Positions 1-11,916 of a stretch of 64,000 nucleotides of DNA are shown piece after piece. The stretch spans positions 14,547-78,546 of the forward strand of contig CAMTUX010000034.1 in the NCBI GenBank assembly GCA_947084995.1, in the 5' to 3' direction. The stretch's first letter is position 1, and each line of letters opens with the position of its first letter. Made by a program: the position numbers and the translations under genes. The notes beneath the pieces were generated by a model. That model was not told the DNA's origin, made no database searches, and saw only the letters and a program-made list of their open reading frames with translations. The stretch is from an uncultured Roseococcus sp. (GTDB lineage: Bacteria > Pseudomonadota > Alphaproteobacteria > Acetobacterales > Acetobacteraceae).

Positions 1-58
1 CGCGCCGTCTGAACCAGTAGGTTTCCGCGCGAGGCTTCAGGAACTCAACAGCCCGCAT
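1..58 (-). CDS. N-terminus of probable tyrosine integrase (DUF6538-like arm-binding domain); continues beyond the left window edge
   Basis: ATG at 58 preceded by AAGGA; reads MRAVEFLKPRAETYWFRRR(V?), resembling the YxFRRRVP start of alphaproteobacterial integrases; lies just downstream of a tRNA 3' end. Confidence 0.55.
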   Translation of the reverse strand, partial: MRAVEFLKPRAETYWFRRR

Positions 59-92
59 TGCCCTGTCCTTTGGGCGTTTCCTCCGCTCTGTC

Positions 93-151
93 GTGGGACA
101 GGCGGTGGAACACGTTGTGGGACATGACTGGGGGACATTTTCCCCCAGTCA
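93..151. repeat. Putative integrase arm-type sites plus hairpin (att arm)
   Basis: GTGG(G/A)ACA at 93, 105 and 117 (12-bp period), variant GGGGGACA at 130; 11-bp inverted repeat TGACTGGGGGA-N5-TCCCCCAGTCA at 125-151. Confidence 0.55.
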
Positions 152-189
152 CGGGCAAGTGCTGCAAAAACCGAGGCTTAGGTGCGGAA

Positions 190-263
190 TGGCTGGGGGA
201 CCTGGATTCGAACCAAGACTGTCCGAGTCAGAGTCGGAAGTTCTACCGTTAAACTATCCCCCA
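190..263 (-). tRNA. tRNA-Gln (anticodon CTG)
   Basis: Reverse complement TGGGGGATAGTTTAACGGTAGAAC-TCCGA CTCTGAC TCGGA-...GGTTCGAATCC...TCCCCCAGCCA; cloverleaf with encoded CCA. Confidence 0.96.
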
Positions 264-394
264 AGCGCGACCGCCCGGCTGGAAGGGGTCCTAACACCGC
301 ATTTCGCGCTTGCCAAGCGCAGTTCCCGCTTGCGATGACATCCCTGCTTCACGATCATGACAGAATCGCCCCTCGCAGGACCCGCCCCCCCCCG

Positions 395-1399
395 ATGAGT
401 GCCCTCCTCCCCCGCCACGGACACTCGGCCCCGCCGCCCGCGCTTTTCGCGGCGCTGGACCTTGGCACGAATAATTGCCGCCTCCTCATCGGGGCCCCCA
501 CTCGGCAGGGCTTTCGAGTCGTGGACAGCTTCTCCCGCATCGTACGCCTGGGCGAGGGCCTGGCCGGCAGCGGCGCGCTTTCGGATGCGGCGATGGAACG
601 CACCATCTCGGCACTATCCGCCTGTGCCGAACGCCTGCACCGCCGCCCCGTCCGGCGCCTGGCGGCCGTCGCGACCGAGGCGTGCCGCCGCGCCGCCAAT
701 GGCCCGGCCTTCCTGGCCCGCGCCGCGCGGGAGACCGGCCTCAGCCCCCGCATCATCTCCCCGCGCGAGGAAGCTGAGTTGGCGATGGAAAGCTGCGCCC
801 CCCTGCTGGAACCCGGGGACCGCCGTGCCATCCTCTTCGATATCGGCGGCGGCAGCACCGAGATCGCCTGGATTCGCACGGGCTCCCCCTCTGGGCCCCG
901 CCCGGAACTGATCGGCTACATCTCGATTCCCTGCGGCGTGGTCACACTGGCCGAGCGCGAGGGCGGCGATTGCTTCTCCACCCATGGCTTCGCCGATGTG
1001 GTCGAGGATATCCACGCCCGGCTCGCGCAATTCGACCGGCTGCATTGCATCGGCCAGGAAATCCGCGCGGGCGGCGTGCGGCTGATCGGCACCTCGGGCA
1101 CCGTCACCACGCTGGCTGGCGTGGTCATGGCGCTGCCGAAATATCGCCGGCAATTGGTGGATGGCACGCGGCTGAACGCCCAGGCGGCCGATGCCGCGCT
1201 GGAGCAACTGTTTGCCATGGGCCGCAAGGGGCTGGCGGTCCATCCCTGCGTGGGGCCGGAGCGCGCGGATTTCGTGCTGCCCGGTTGCGCCGTCTATGCC
1301 GCCATCCGCCAGCTCTGGCCGCTGGGTGAGCTGACCGTGGCCGATCGGGGCCTGCGCGAGGGGATGCTCATGCGCCTCATGCGCGGCGGGCGGGCCTGA
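395..1399 (+). CDS. Ppx/GppA phosphatase family protein
   Basis: AALDLGTNNCRL, ATEACR, DIGGGSTE, DRGLREG motifs; alternative start at 335. Confidence 0.9.
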   Translation: MSALLPRHGHSAPPPALFAALDLGTNNCRLLIGAPTRQGFRVVDSFSRIVRLGEGLAGSGALSDAAMERTISALSACAERLHRRPVRRLAAVATEACRRAANGPAFLARAARETGLSPRIISPREEAELAMESCAPLLEPGDRRAILFDIGGGSTEIAWIRTGSPSGPRPELIGYISIPCGVVTLAEREGGDCFSTHGFADVVEDIHARLAQFDRLHCIGQEIRAGGVRLIGTSGTVTTLAGVVMALPKYRRQLVDGTRLNAQAADAALEQLFAMGRKGLAVHPCVGPERADFVLPGCAVYAAIRQLWPLGELTVADRGLREGMLMRLMRGGRA

Positions 1400-1442
1400 A
1401 CGGGCGTTCCGGTCGGGCGCAAACTGCTCTACACCGCCCGGC

Positions 1443-2126
1443 ATGGCCAAACCGCCGATCAAGCAAGGTGCCGGCCCGCGCGGCACCCATGTCAACGTCA
1501 AGACCGCCCGCAGCCGCAGCAATGCGAGCCAGCGCTGGCTGCTGCGCCAACTGAATGACCCCTATGTGAAGCAGGCCCAGGCAGCGGGCTATCGCTCGCG
1601 CGCGGCCTTCAAGCTGACCGAGCTGAATGAGCGCTTCAAGCTGCTCAAGCCCGGCCAGCGCGTGGTGGACCTCGGCGCCGCACCCGGCGGCTGGACCCAG
1701 GTGGCGCTGCGCCAGTTGGGTGAGCGCGGCCAGGTCGTGGCGCTTGATCTCCTGCCGATGGACAACCTGCCCGGCGCCACCATCCTGCAAGGCGATTTCC
1801 AGGATGACGCGACCGAGGCCGCGGTGCTGGCCGCACTCGGCGGCTTCGCGGACCTCGTGCTGTCGGACATGGCGCCCAATACCACGGGCCATGGGCCGAC
1901 GGACCATCTACGCATCATGGACCTGGCGGCCTTGGCGCTGGAATTCGCGGTGAAGGTGCTGGCTCCGGGCGGCGCCTTCGTGGCCAAGGTGTTCCAGGGC
2001 GGCAGCGAGAAGGCGATGCTGGAGCAGTTGCGCCGGAATTTCGCCGAGGTCCGCCACGCCAAGCCGCCCGCCAGCCGCAAGGAAAGCAGCGAACTCTATG
2101 TGGTGGCGACGGGCTTCAAGAAGTAG
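1443..2126 (+). CDS. rlmE: 23S rRNA Um2552 methyltransferase RlmE/FtsJ
   Basis: YRSRAAFKL, DLGAAPGGW, SDMAPN, ASRKESSELY. Confidence 0.95.
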   Translation: MAKPPIKQGAGPRGTHVNVKTARSRSNASQRWLLRQLNDPYVKQAQAAGYRSRAAFKLTELNERFKLLKPGQRVVDLGAAPGGWTQVALRQLGERGQVVALDLLPMDNLPGATILQGDFQDDATEAAVLAALGGFADLVLSDMAPNTTGHGPTDHLRIMDLAALALEFAVKVLAPGGAFVAKVFQGGSEKAMLEQLRRNFAEVRHAKPPASRKESSELYVVATGFKK

Positions 2127-2223
2127 CGCGCGCGCCGGCTGCCCGCCGTCTCAGGGCTGCGTATATATATTCATACCTGCCCGTCAGATTCCAACGCTGG
2201 ACGCAAAGCCGCCTCGCGGTTAA

Positions 2224-4446
<2,223 letters not shown>

Positions 4447-4450
<4 letters not shown>

Positions 4451-5772
4451 CGCCCGAGGGGCGGCTCTCCGCCGCGATTGACCTGCTGCACCAGGTGTTC
4501 GAGCAGCCACGCCGGCCGGCGGATGCCATCAGCGCCGATTTCTTCCGCGCCCGCCGCTATATCGGCGGCAGCGACCGGCGCGCCGTGTCGGATCTCGCCT
4601 GGGGTGTGCTGCGCCAGCGCCTGAGGCTGGAATGGTGGATCGCCCAGACCGGCGCGCGCCTGACGCCACGGCTGCTGGTGCTGGCCCACCTCCTCCTCGC
4701 CGAGAAGCGCAAGCTGGTCGAAGCCGCCCGGCTGTTCGATGGCGGGCGCTTTGCCGCCGGCCCCCTGGATGTGGGCGAGATGGGCGTGGGCGAGGCGCTG
4801 GTCGGCAAGCCGCTGACCGGAAAGGAAATGCCGGACGGGCCGCGCATGAACCTGCCGGACTGGGCCATGCCCGGCTTCCAGGCCCGCTTCGGCGAGACGC
4901 TGGATGCCGAGTCGCTGGCCATGGAAGCGACCGCCCCGCTTGATCTGCGGGTCAATCTGCTCAAATCCACGCGCGAGGCCGCCCAGGCCGCCCTGCGCGC
5001 CGAGGGGCTGGTCTCGGAGACCACGCCCTTCTCCCCCTGGGGCCTGCGCCTGCCGCATCGCACCCCCATCACCGGCACCGCCGCCTATAAGGCCGGGATC
5101 ATCGAGGTGCAGGATGAGGGCAGCCAATTGATCGCCGCACTCGCCGGCGCGCGGCCAGGCATGCGCGTCGCTGATTACTGCGCGGGGGCGGCGGGCAAGA
5201 CGCTCGCCATGGCGGCGACCATGAACAACCAGGGCCGCATCACCGCCTGCGATGTCTCGGTGCCGCGCCTGGAAGGCGCCAATAAGCGCCTGCGCCGCGC
5301 GGGCGTCCACAATGCCGAGACGCATCTGCTGGAAGCGGGCGACCGCTGGGTGAAGCGCCGCGCCGCCACCTTCGACCGCGTGCTGGTGGATGCGCCCTGC
5401 ACGGGCACCGGCACCTGGCGCCGCAACCCCGATGCCCGCAGCCGCACCGGCCCCGAGGACCTGCGCGAGCTTCTCGGGAAGCAACATGAAATTCTTGCAA
5501 CTTCGGTGCATCTGGTGAAGCCTGGGGGTAGGCTGATCTACGCGACATGCTCGCTGCTGCCGGAGGAGGATGAATTGCAGGTCGAAAGCTTCCTGGCGAG
5601 CCACCCGGCCTTCCGCGCCATCCCGCTGAGCGCGGCCTGGACCGAGGCCGGCCTGGCCGGCACACCGCCCACCATGGCCGAGCACATGCTGCTCTCGCCC
5701 GGCGCGCATGGCACGGATGGATTTTTCTGCGCCGTGCTGGAACGCGCAGGCCCCGAAAAAGCGAAGTCATGA
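4447..5772 (+). CDS. RsmB/NOP family RNA m5C methyltransferase
   Basis: VQDEGSQ, DYCAGAAGKT, DAPCTGTG, YATCS, TDGFF. Confidence 0.92.
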
Positions 5773-5837
5773 GCGGGCCGATTCACGCCTCTGCCGAAGG
5801 GCGGCAGAGGCGATCGGACCTGTAGGCCTCCCCCGCG

Positions 5838-6401
5838 ATGGTCACGATCCGCCGTGCCCGCCCCGGAGATGCCGATGCCATGGCGCGCGTCCATCTGGCC
5901 GCCTGGCGCAGCACTTATGCCGGCGTCCTGCCCGAAGCCTACCTGGCCAGTCTGAACGAGACGCAGGAGAGCCTCGGCTATGAGCGCGCCATCCTGGAAC
6001 GGCGCGGCGGCCATGCCGGCTTCGTCGCCGTGGCGGACCGGCAGGAAGCGCCGGGCGGCGGCGTGGTGGGCTTCATCACCGGCGGCATGTCCCGCCGGCC
6101 CACCATCGCCGAGGGCGAGGTCGAGACGCTGTATCTCCTGGATGATTTCCGTGACCGCGGCATCGGCCGGCGGCTGATGCGGGCCATGGCCTCGCATCTG
6201 GCCTCCCTTGGCGCTGAATCGGCCTTCGCCTGGGTGCTGCAGGACAACCCCTCGCGCTGGTTCTATGAGCGGCTGGGCGCCAAGCTCGCCGCGCGGGAGG
6301 AGATCGTCTTCGCCGGCCAGAAGACCACCCAGCTCGCCTATGCGTGGGAGCCGATCCACACGCTGCTGACGGCCACGGCGACCACAAAGCTCCCCCGCTG
6401 A
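5838..6401 (+). CDS. GNAT family N-acetyltransferase
   Basis: RDRGIGRRLM acetyl-CoA motif, N..FYERLG. Confidence 0.85.
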   Translation: MVTIRRARPGDADAMARVHLAAWRSTYAGVLPEAYLASLNETQESLGYERAILERRGGHAGFVAVADRQEAPGGGVVGFITGGMSRRPTIAEGEVETLYLLDDFRDRGIGRRLMRAMASHLASLGAESAFAWVLQDNPSRWFYERLGAKLAAREEIVFAGQKTTQLAYAWEPIHTLLTATATTKLPR

Positions 6402-6448
6402 CGGCCCCGCACCCTTGACGCGGGGCGCGCCCCGTGTTGCCCAACGCC

Positions 6449-8017
6449 ATGAACACGACACCCGCCGCGCAAGACCGCATCCTCATCCTCGATTTCGGCA
6501 GCCAGGTGACGCAGCTCATCGCGCGCCGCCTGCGGGAATCGGGCGTCTATTGCGAAATCTGGCCCTTCAACGCCGCCCCCGAGGCGCGCATCCGCGCCTT
6601 CGCCCCCAAGGGCATCATCTTCTCGGGCGGGCCGGCTTCCGTGACGGAGGGCGAAAGTCCCCGCGCGCCCGACTACGCCTTTGCCTCGGGCCTGCCGATC
6701 CTGGGCATCTGCTACGGCCAGCAGACGCTGGCGCACCAGTTGGGCGGCACAGTCGAGGGCGGGCATGCGCGCGAATTCGGCCGCGCCGTTGTCACCGTCA
6801 CCTCCGATTGTCCGATCACCCAGGGCGTCTGGGCCAAGGGCGCGCGCGAGACGGTCTGGATGTCCCATGGGGACCGCATCACCGTGCTGCCGGCAGGCTT
6901 CCGCGTGGTGGCCGAGAGCGAGGGCGCGCCCTTCGCCCTGATCGCCGATGATGCCCGCCGCTATTACGGCACGATGTTCCACCCCGAGGTGGTGCACACG
7001 CCCCACGGCGCGGCCCTGCTGCGCAACTTCACCCACGGCATCTGCGGCTGCACGGGCGATTGGACCATGGCCGGCTATCGCGCCGAGACCATCGCCAAGA
7101 TCCGCGCCCAGGTGGGCAGCGGCCGGGTGATCTGCGGGCTTTCGGGCGGCGTGGATTCCTCGGTGGCGGCGGTGCTGCTGCATGAGGCGATCGGCGACCA
7201 GCTGACCTGCATCTATGTGGATCACGGCCTGATGCGCGCCAATGAGAGCGAGCAGGTGGTGAAGACCTTCCGCGACCGCTTCAACATCAAGCTGGTGCAT
7301 CGCGATGCGAGCGATCTGTTCCTCGGTCAGCTCTCCGGCGTCACCGACCCGGAGCAGAAGCGCAAGATCATCGGCCGCCTCTTTATTGAGGTCTTCGAGG
7401 AGGAGCAGAACAAGATCGGCGGCGCCGATTTCCTGGCGCAGGGCACGCTCTATCCGGATGTGATCGAGAGCGTCTCCGCCACGGGCGGGCCTTCGGTCAC
7501 CATCAAGAGCCACCACAATGTCGGCGGCCTGCCCGCTGGCATGCGGATGCAACTGGTGGAGCCGCTGCGAGAGCTGTTCAAGGATGAGGTGCGCGTGCTG
7601 GGCCGTGAGCTCGGCATGCCCGAGGAAATCGTGGGCCGCCATCCCTTCCCGGGGCCTGGCCTGGCCATCCGCATCCCCGGCGAAGTGACGCGCGAGAAGG
7701 CCGACCTGCTGCGGAAGGTGGACACGGTCTATCTGGAGGAAATCCGCGCCGCTGGGCTGTATGACGCCATCTGGCAGGCCTTCGCCGTGCTGCTGCCCGT
7801 CCGCACCGTGGGCGTGATGGGCGATGGCCGCACCTATGACATGGCCTGCGCGCTGCGAGCCGTGACCAGCACGGATGGCATGACGGCGGAATTCTATCCC
7901 TTCGACATGGCGTTCCTGGGCCGGGTGGCGAACCGCATCGTGAATGAGGTGCGCGGCGTGAACCGGGTGACGTATGACATCACGAGCAAGCCGCCGGGGA
8001 CGATTGAGTGGGAGTAG
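6449..8017 (+). CDS. guaA: GMP synthase (glutamine-hydrolysing)
   Basis: [21 protein letters not shown]-terminal KPPGTIEWE. Confidence 0.97.
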   Translation: MNTTPAAQDRILILDFGSQVTQLIARRLRESGVYCEIWPFNAAPEARIRAFAPKGIIFSGGPASVTEGESPRAPDYAFASGLPILGICYGQQTLAHQLGGTVEGGHAREFGRAVVTVTSDCPITQGVWAKGARETVWMSHGDRITVLPAGFRVVAESEGAPFALIADDARRYYGTMFHPEVVHTPHGAALLRNFTHGICGCTGDWTMAGYRAETIAKIRAQVGSGRVICGLSGGVDSSVAAVLLHEAIGDQLTCIYVDHGLMRANESEQVVKTFRDRFNIKLVHRDASDLFLGQLSGVTDPEQKRKIIGRLFIEVFEEEQNKIGGADFLAQGTLYPDVIESVSATGGPSVTIKSHHNVGGLPAGMRMQLVEPLRELFKDEVRVLGRELGMPEEIVGRHPFPGPGLAIRIPGEVTREKADLLRKVDTVYLEEIRAAGLYDAIWQAFAVLLPVRTVGVMGDGRTYDMACALRAVTSTDGMTAEFYPFDMAFLGRVANRIVNEVRGVNRVTYDITSKPPGTIEWE

Positions 8018-8056
8018 GAAAAGCCCGGCAAACAACTGAACTTGCCGGGCTTTTCC
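8017..8056 (+). terminator. Stem-loop after guaA (probable bidirectional terminator)
   Basis: GGAAAAGCCCGGCAA-N10-TTGCCGGGCTTTTCC perfect inverted repeat between convergent genes. Confidence 0.7.
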
Positions 8057-8210
8057 GGAATTCGGCGGACAGCCTGCCTCATACCGGGCAATCGCGAAAA
8101 TTTCCGCCCCTTCCTGCGAAGATGCGGGAAGGCGCTGCGAAAGCCGCTGACCCTCACCGGCGACCGCGCGCAAATCCCGCGCCGCGCCTCCAGGTCATGA
8201 TGCCGGGGGG

Positions 8211-9455
8211 CTATTCCCGCTCATAGAGAAGTCGCGCGCGGATGGTATGCGGCAGGGCGCGCAGCTCGGCCAGGATGGCGTCGCCATCGCGCGTGGCGCC
8301 GGCATCCACCACAACATAGCCGATCTCGCCATCCGTCTGGAGGTATTGGCCCGCGATGTTCACGCCGCGCTTGGCGAACACCTGGTTGACATTGCCCAGC
8401 ACGCCCGGCGCGTTGCGGTGCACATGCATGAAGCGCGTGCCGGTGGGCCGCGCGGGCAGCGCCACCTGCGGGAAATTCACGGCACCCTCGGTGCTGCCGG
8501 TGTCGGAGTAGTCGGCCAGCTTGCGCGCCACCTCCTCGCCGATGCGCGACTGCGCTTCCTCCGTGCTGCCGCCGATATGCGGCGTCAGGATCACATTCGG
8601 GATGCCTTGCAGGGGCGAGACAAACGGGTCGCCATTGCGCTTGGGCTCCTCGGGGAAGACGTCGAGCGCCGCGCCTGCCAGGTGGCCGGAGCGCAGGGCC
8701 GCGGCCAGCGCATCCACATCGACCAGCGTGCCGCGGGCATTGTTGATGAGGTAGGCGCCGGCCTTCATCTTGGCGATGCGGCTGGCATCCAGCAGGTTCA
8801 TCGTCGCCGGCGTCTCGGGCAGGTGGATGGTCACCACATCGGACCAGTGGAGCAATTCATCCAGGCTGGCGCAGCGGCTGGCATTGCCATGCGGCAGCTT
8901 GGCCGCCGTGTCGAAGTAGATCACACGCATGCCAAACGCCTCGGCCAGAACCGAGAGCTGGCTGCCGATATTGCCATAGCCCACGATACCCAGCGTGCGG
9001 CCGCGCACCTCGCGATAGCCATCGGCCGACTTGTCCCATTCACCGCGATGCGCGGCGCTGGATTTCGGGAAAATGCCGCGCAGCAGCATCACGATCTCGC
9101 CCAGGGTGAGTTCGGCCACCGAGCGCGTGTTGCTGAAAGGCGCGTTGAACACCGGGATGCCGCGATGCCGCGCGGCATCCAGGTCCACCTGGTTGGTGCC
9201 GATGCAGAAGCAGCCGATGCTCATCAGCCTGTCGGCATTGGCCAGCACCTCCTCGGTGATGGTGGTGCGGCTGCGGATGCCCAGCATGTGCACGCCGCGC
9301 ACGGCATCCACCAGCGCCTGGCCTTCCAGTGCCTTCTTCTCGCGCGTCACATTGGTGTAGCCATCCTGCGCCAGCAGCTCGACCGCCGTGTCGGAGATAT
9401 TTTCGAGCAGCAGGGCGCGGATGCGGTCCTTGGACAAGGAGAGTTGGTCACTCAT
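8211..9455 (-). CDS. serA: D-3-phosphoglycerate dehydrogenase with C-terminal ACT domain
   Basis: CFCIGTNQVD, GYGNIG, TPHIGGST.EAQ, HRNAPGVL. Confidence 0.95.
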   Translation of the reverse strand: MSDQLSLSKDRIRALLLENISDTAVELLAQDGYTNVTREKKALEGQALVDAVRGVHMLGIRSRTTITEEVLANADRLMSIGCFCIGTNQVDLDAARHRGIPVFNAPFSNTRSVAELTLGEIVMLLRGIFPKSSAAHRGEWDKSADGYREVRGRTLGIVGYGNIGSQLSVLAEAFGMRVIYFDTAAKLPHGNASRCASLDELLHWSDVVTIHLPETPATMNLLDASRIAKMKAGAYLINNARGTLVDVDALAAALRSGHLAGAALDVFPEEPKRNGDPFVSPLQGIPNVILTPHIGGSTEEAQSRIGEEVARKLADYSDTGSTEGAVNFPQVALPARPTGTRFMHVHRNAPGVLGNVNQVFAKRGVNIAGQYLQTDGEIGYVVVDAGATRDGDAILAELRALPHTIRARLLYERE

Positions 9456-9488
9456 TGGGGATTCACCGCCGGTCTGGAAGGGCATGGG

Positions 9489-10772
9489 TCAGGCATTCGC
9501 CAAATCGAGCAGGACCTGCGCCAGCACGCGGGCGCCAGCGGCAAGTTCGTGGGGCTCGGAATATTCGGAAGGGTGGTGCGACACACCGCCCCGGCAGGGC
9601 ACGAAGATCATGCCAGTGGGGCAGTGCGGGTGCATGAATTGCGCGTCGTGGAAGGCGCCCGAGGGCATACGCAGCGCGCGCAGCCCCTGGGCACGGGCGG
9701 CGGCCTCCACCGCATCCGGCACCAGGGCCGCGAAGATGGTGGGCGTGGCGTGGAAGCGCTCGGTCACCCTCGCGGTGCAATGGCGCATGGCCGACTGGAT
9801 CACACCCTCGATCGCATTGCCGCGCGGCTGGAGGATGGCGTTGTCGGGGTGGCGCAGGTCAATGGTGAAGCGCGCGGTCTGCGCCACGGAGTTGGAGGAA
9901 TTGGGCAGGATCTCGATGGAGGCCACGGTGAAGCGCAGCGTGTCCGTGGGGTCGGCCATCAGCAGATTCAGCGCGTTGATGGCGCGCACCATGTCCTGCA
10001 CGGCATCGCGCCTGAGGCCGACCGGCGTGGTGCCGGCATGGTCGGACTTGCCGGTGATCTCCACCAGGAACCAGCGGCTGCCCTGGATGCCGGTGACCAC
10101 GCCGATATCGGCATCCTGGCTTTCCAGTGTCGGCCCCTGCTCGATATGCGCTTCCACATAGGCGAAGGGTGCCTGGCCCTCGACCACGCCGAGCGGGCGC
10201 CGGGGAATATCACTCTCGGTGGCCAACATGTCGGTGAGCGCCTGGCCGAAGGGGATGCCCTCCTTGTCCAACACGGCGTCCCAGGTCTCGGGCGGGCGGT
10301 AGCCGGCATAGGCCATGCTGCCCATGCAGCCCGGCGCGTAGCGGCCGCCTTCCTCATTGGTCCAGGCGACGACCTCGATGGGGCGCCTGGTGGTCACGCC
10401 CGCCTCGCGCAGGGCCTGCACGGCCTCCAGCCCGGCCAGCACGCCCCATATGCCGTCAAAGCGCCCCCCGGCCGGCTGGCTGTCCATGTGGCTGCCGGTC
10501 AGCACGGGGGCCAGCATGGGGTCGATGCCCTCATGGCGCAGGAACAGGTTGCCCAGCCGGTCCACGCTGGTGGTGAGGCCCGCCGCCTCGGCCCAGGAGA
10601 TCAGCAGGCGGCGGGATTTGCGGTCATTTTCCGTGAGGCAGGCACGGTTCACGCCCCAGTTGCCGTCGGCATCCGTGAAGCCGCCCAGCGCGCCCATCTC
10701 CATCAGGCGCTGCCATTGGCGCGCTTCGCTGACGGCGGCGACGGGGTTGGGGGCTGTGGGCGTGCTGGGCAT
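9489..10772 (-). CDS. M20 Zn-dependent hydantoinase/carbamoylase family amidase (allantoate amidohydrolase-like)
   Basis: GSHMDSQP.GG.FDG, NEEG, EAHIEQGP, HAGTTP, SGAFHDA. Confidence 0.88.
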   Translation of the reverse strand: MPSTPTAPNPVAAVSEARQWQRLMEMGALGGFTDADGNWGVNRACLTENDRKSRRLLISWAEAAGLTTSVDRLGNLFLRHEGIDPMLAPVLTGSHMDSQPAGGRFDGIWGVLAGLEAVQALREAGVTTRRPIEVVAWTNEEGGRYAPGCMGSMAYAGYRPPETWDAVLDKEGIPFGQALTDMLATESDIPRRPLGVVEGQAPFAYVEAHIEQGPTLESQDADIGVVTGIQGSRWFLVEITGKSDHAGTTPVGLRRDAVQDMVRAINALNLLMADPTDTLRFTVASIEILPNSSNSVAQTARFTIDLRHPDNAILQPRGNAIEGVIQSAMRHCTARVTERFHATPTIFAALVPDAVEAAARAQGLRALRMPSGAFHDAQFMHPHCPTGMIFVPCRGGVSHHPSEYSEPHELAAGARVLAQVLLDLANA

Positions 10773-10868
10773 GGAAAATCCTTGGTCGGGTTGCCCTATT
10801 GGACGGCATGGCGCTTGAAATCAACCAGCGAAAACATGCAGGGTGATGCGTGTCAGTCGGGGGATTGC

Positions 10869-11489
10869 ATGGCCGTTCGGTCCAACTTGTTCGATGTGGA
10901 TGCGCCCGCGCTTGACCGTCTCTTGCGGGAGGCCAATGAACGCTTGATCGCAAGACGTGACGCACTCGTGGCGGCGATGGCGCGCGTTCCCGAGGTTTTC
11001 GAAAGCCGCGACGAAGTTGAGCGTGCCCGCGTCTATGCGGCCCAGATCGGCAAGCTGCTCAGGGAATGCGACCGGCAACGGAAGGCTGACAAGGCAACAT
11101 TCATCAAGGCGGGTAAATCCGTGGACGGTTTCTTCGCCACGATCTCCCAGCCAGCGGTCGAAGCATTGCGTGAACTGGAGTCCCGCATGAACCACGCTGT
11201 GCAATCCGAGCGCCAAGCCGTCCCGGATCCCAGCTCCATTCCCATCATTCAGGCGGCTGATCAGTCCGTGATTCACCCTGAAGGCGAGGCCCCCACGACA
11301 GCGCATGTTCCAGAGGATGTTCTGGTATGGGAGGTCGAAGGCTTTGATCGCGCCCGGTTGGATATGGAAGTCTTGCGGGGCCTGTTCACCGACCGTGAAC
11401 TGGGCATCGTGATCCAGCGCCACCTGAACAAAATCGGTCCAAATGCTTTGCGCGGAGTCACTTACCGTAAGAAAGTCCGGCTGCATTGA
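10869..11489 (+). CDS. Hypothetical protein, atypical codon usage, phage-like
   Basis: 206-aa open frame with many A/T-ending codons; AGKSVDGFF and LDMEVLR..LRGV segments; alternative start 10836. Confidence 0.7.
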   Translation: MAVRSNLFDVDAPALDRLLREANERLIARRDALVAAMARVPEVFESRDEVERARVYAAQIGKLLRECDRQRKADKATFIKAGKSVDGFFATISQPAVEALRELESRMNHAVQSERQAVPDPSSIPIIQAADQSVIHPEGEAPTTAHVPEDVLVWEVEGFDRARLDMEVLRGLFTDRELGIVIQRHLNKIGPNALRGVTYRKKVRLH

Positions 11490-11565
11490 AACGACAATTC
11501 AATGGGGCCTCTTGTGATGGCCCGCTGCCGCGCTCCAGCTTTGCACCGCAACATGAGGTGACGCG

Positions 11566-11916
11566 ATGAGCCGTCTTTCCACCCACGTCCTGGACACCGC
11601 CCATGGCCGCCCCGGTGCCGGAATGGGCTTTTGCCTGTATCGGCTGGAGGGCGAGGCGCGGGTGAAGCTGGCCGAGGGCGTCACCACCGCCGATGGCCGC
11701 GCGCCGGGCGAATTGCTCTCCGAGGCCAGATACCAGCCCGGCCGCTACCAGTTGGTCTATCAGGTCGCCGCCTATTTCCGCGCCCAGGGCGTGACCCTGC
11801 CCGAGCCGCCCTTCCTGGACGAGGTGACCCTGAGCTTCGGCCTGGCCGATGAGGCGCATTACCATGTGCCGCTGCTGGTCTCGCCCTTCGGCTACACCAG
11901 CTACAGGGGCAGCTGA
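11566..11916 (+). CDS. uraH: 5-hydroxyisourate hydrolase
   Basis: LSTHVLD, HYHVPLLVSP, C-terminal YRGS. Confidence 0.95.
   Translation: MSRLSTHVLDTAHGRPGAGMGFCLYRLEGEARVKLAEGVTTADGRAPGELLSEARYQPGRYQLVYQVAAYFRAQGVTLPEPPFLDEVTLSFGLADEAHYHVPLLVSPFGYTSYRGS

Noticed and set aside
395-1399. Two Ppx/GppA paralogues in one window
   Set aside because: The rlmE-linked and ppk-linked paralogues are both usual in alphaproteobacteria.
8000-8210. Possible island insertion at the guaA 3' end (a known hotspot)
   Set aside because: No integrase follows and I saw no duplicated guaA end in the window; the site looks empty.
8247-11489. 1080-aa plus-strand ORF
   Set aside because: Mostly the antisense shadow of serA and the M20 amidase, running by chance into the real 206-aa gene at 10869.
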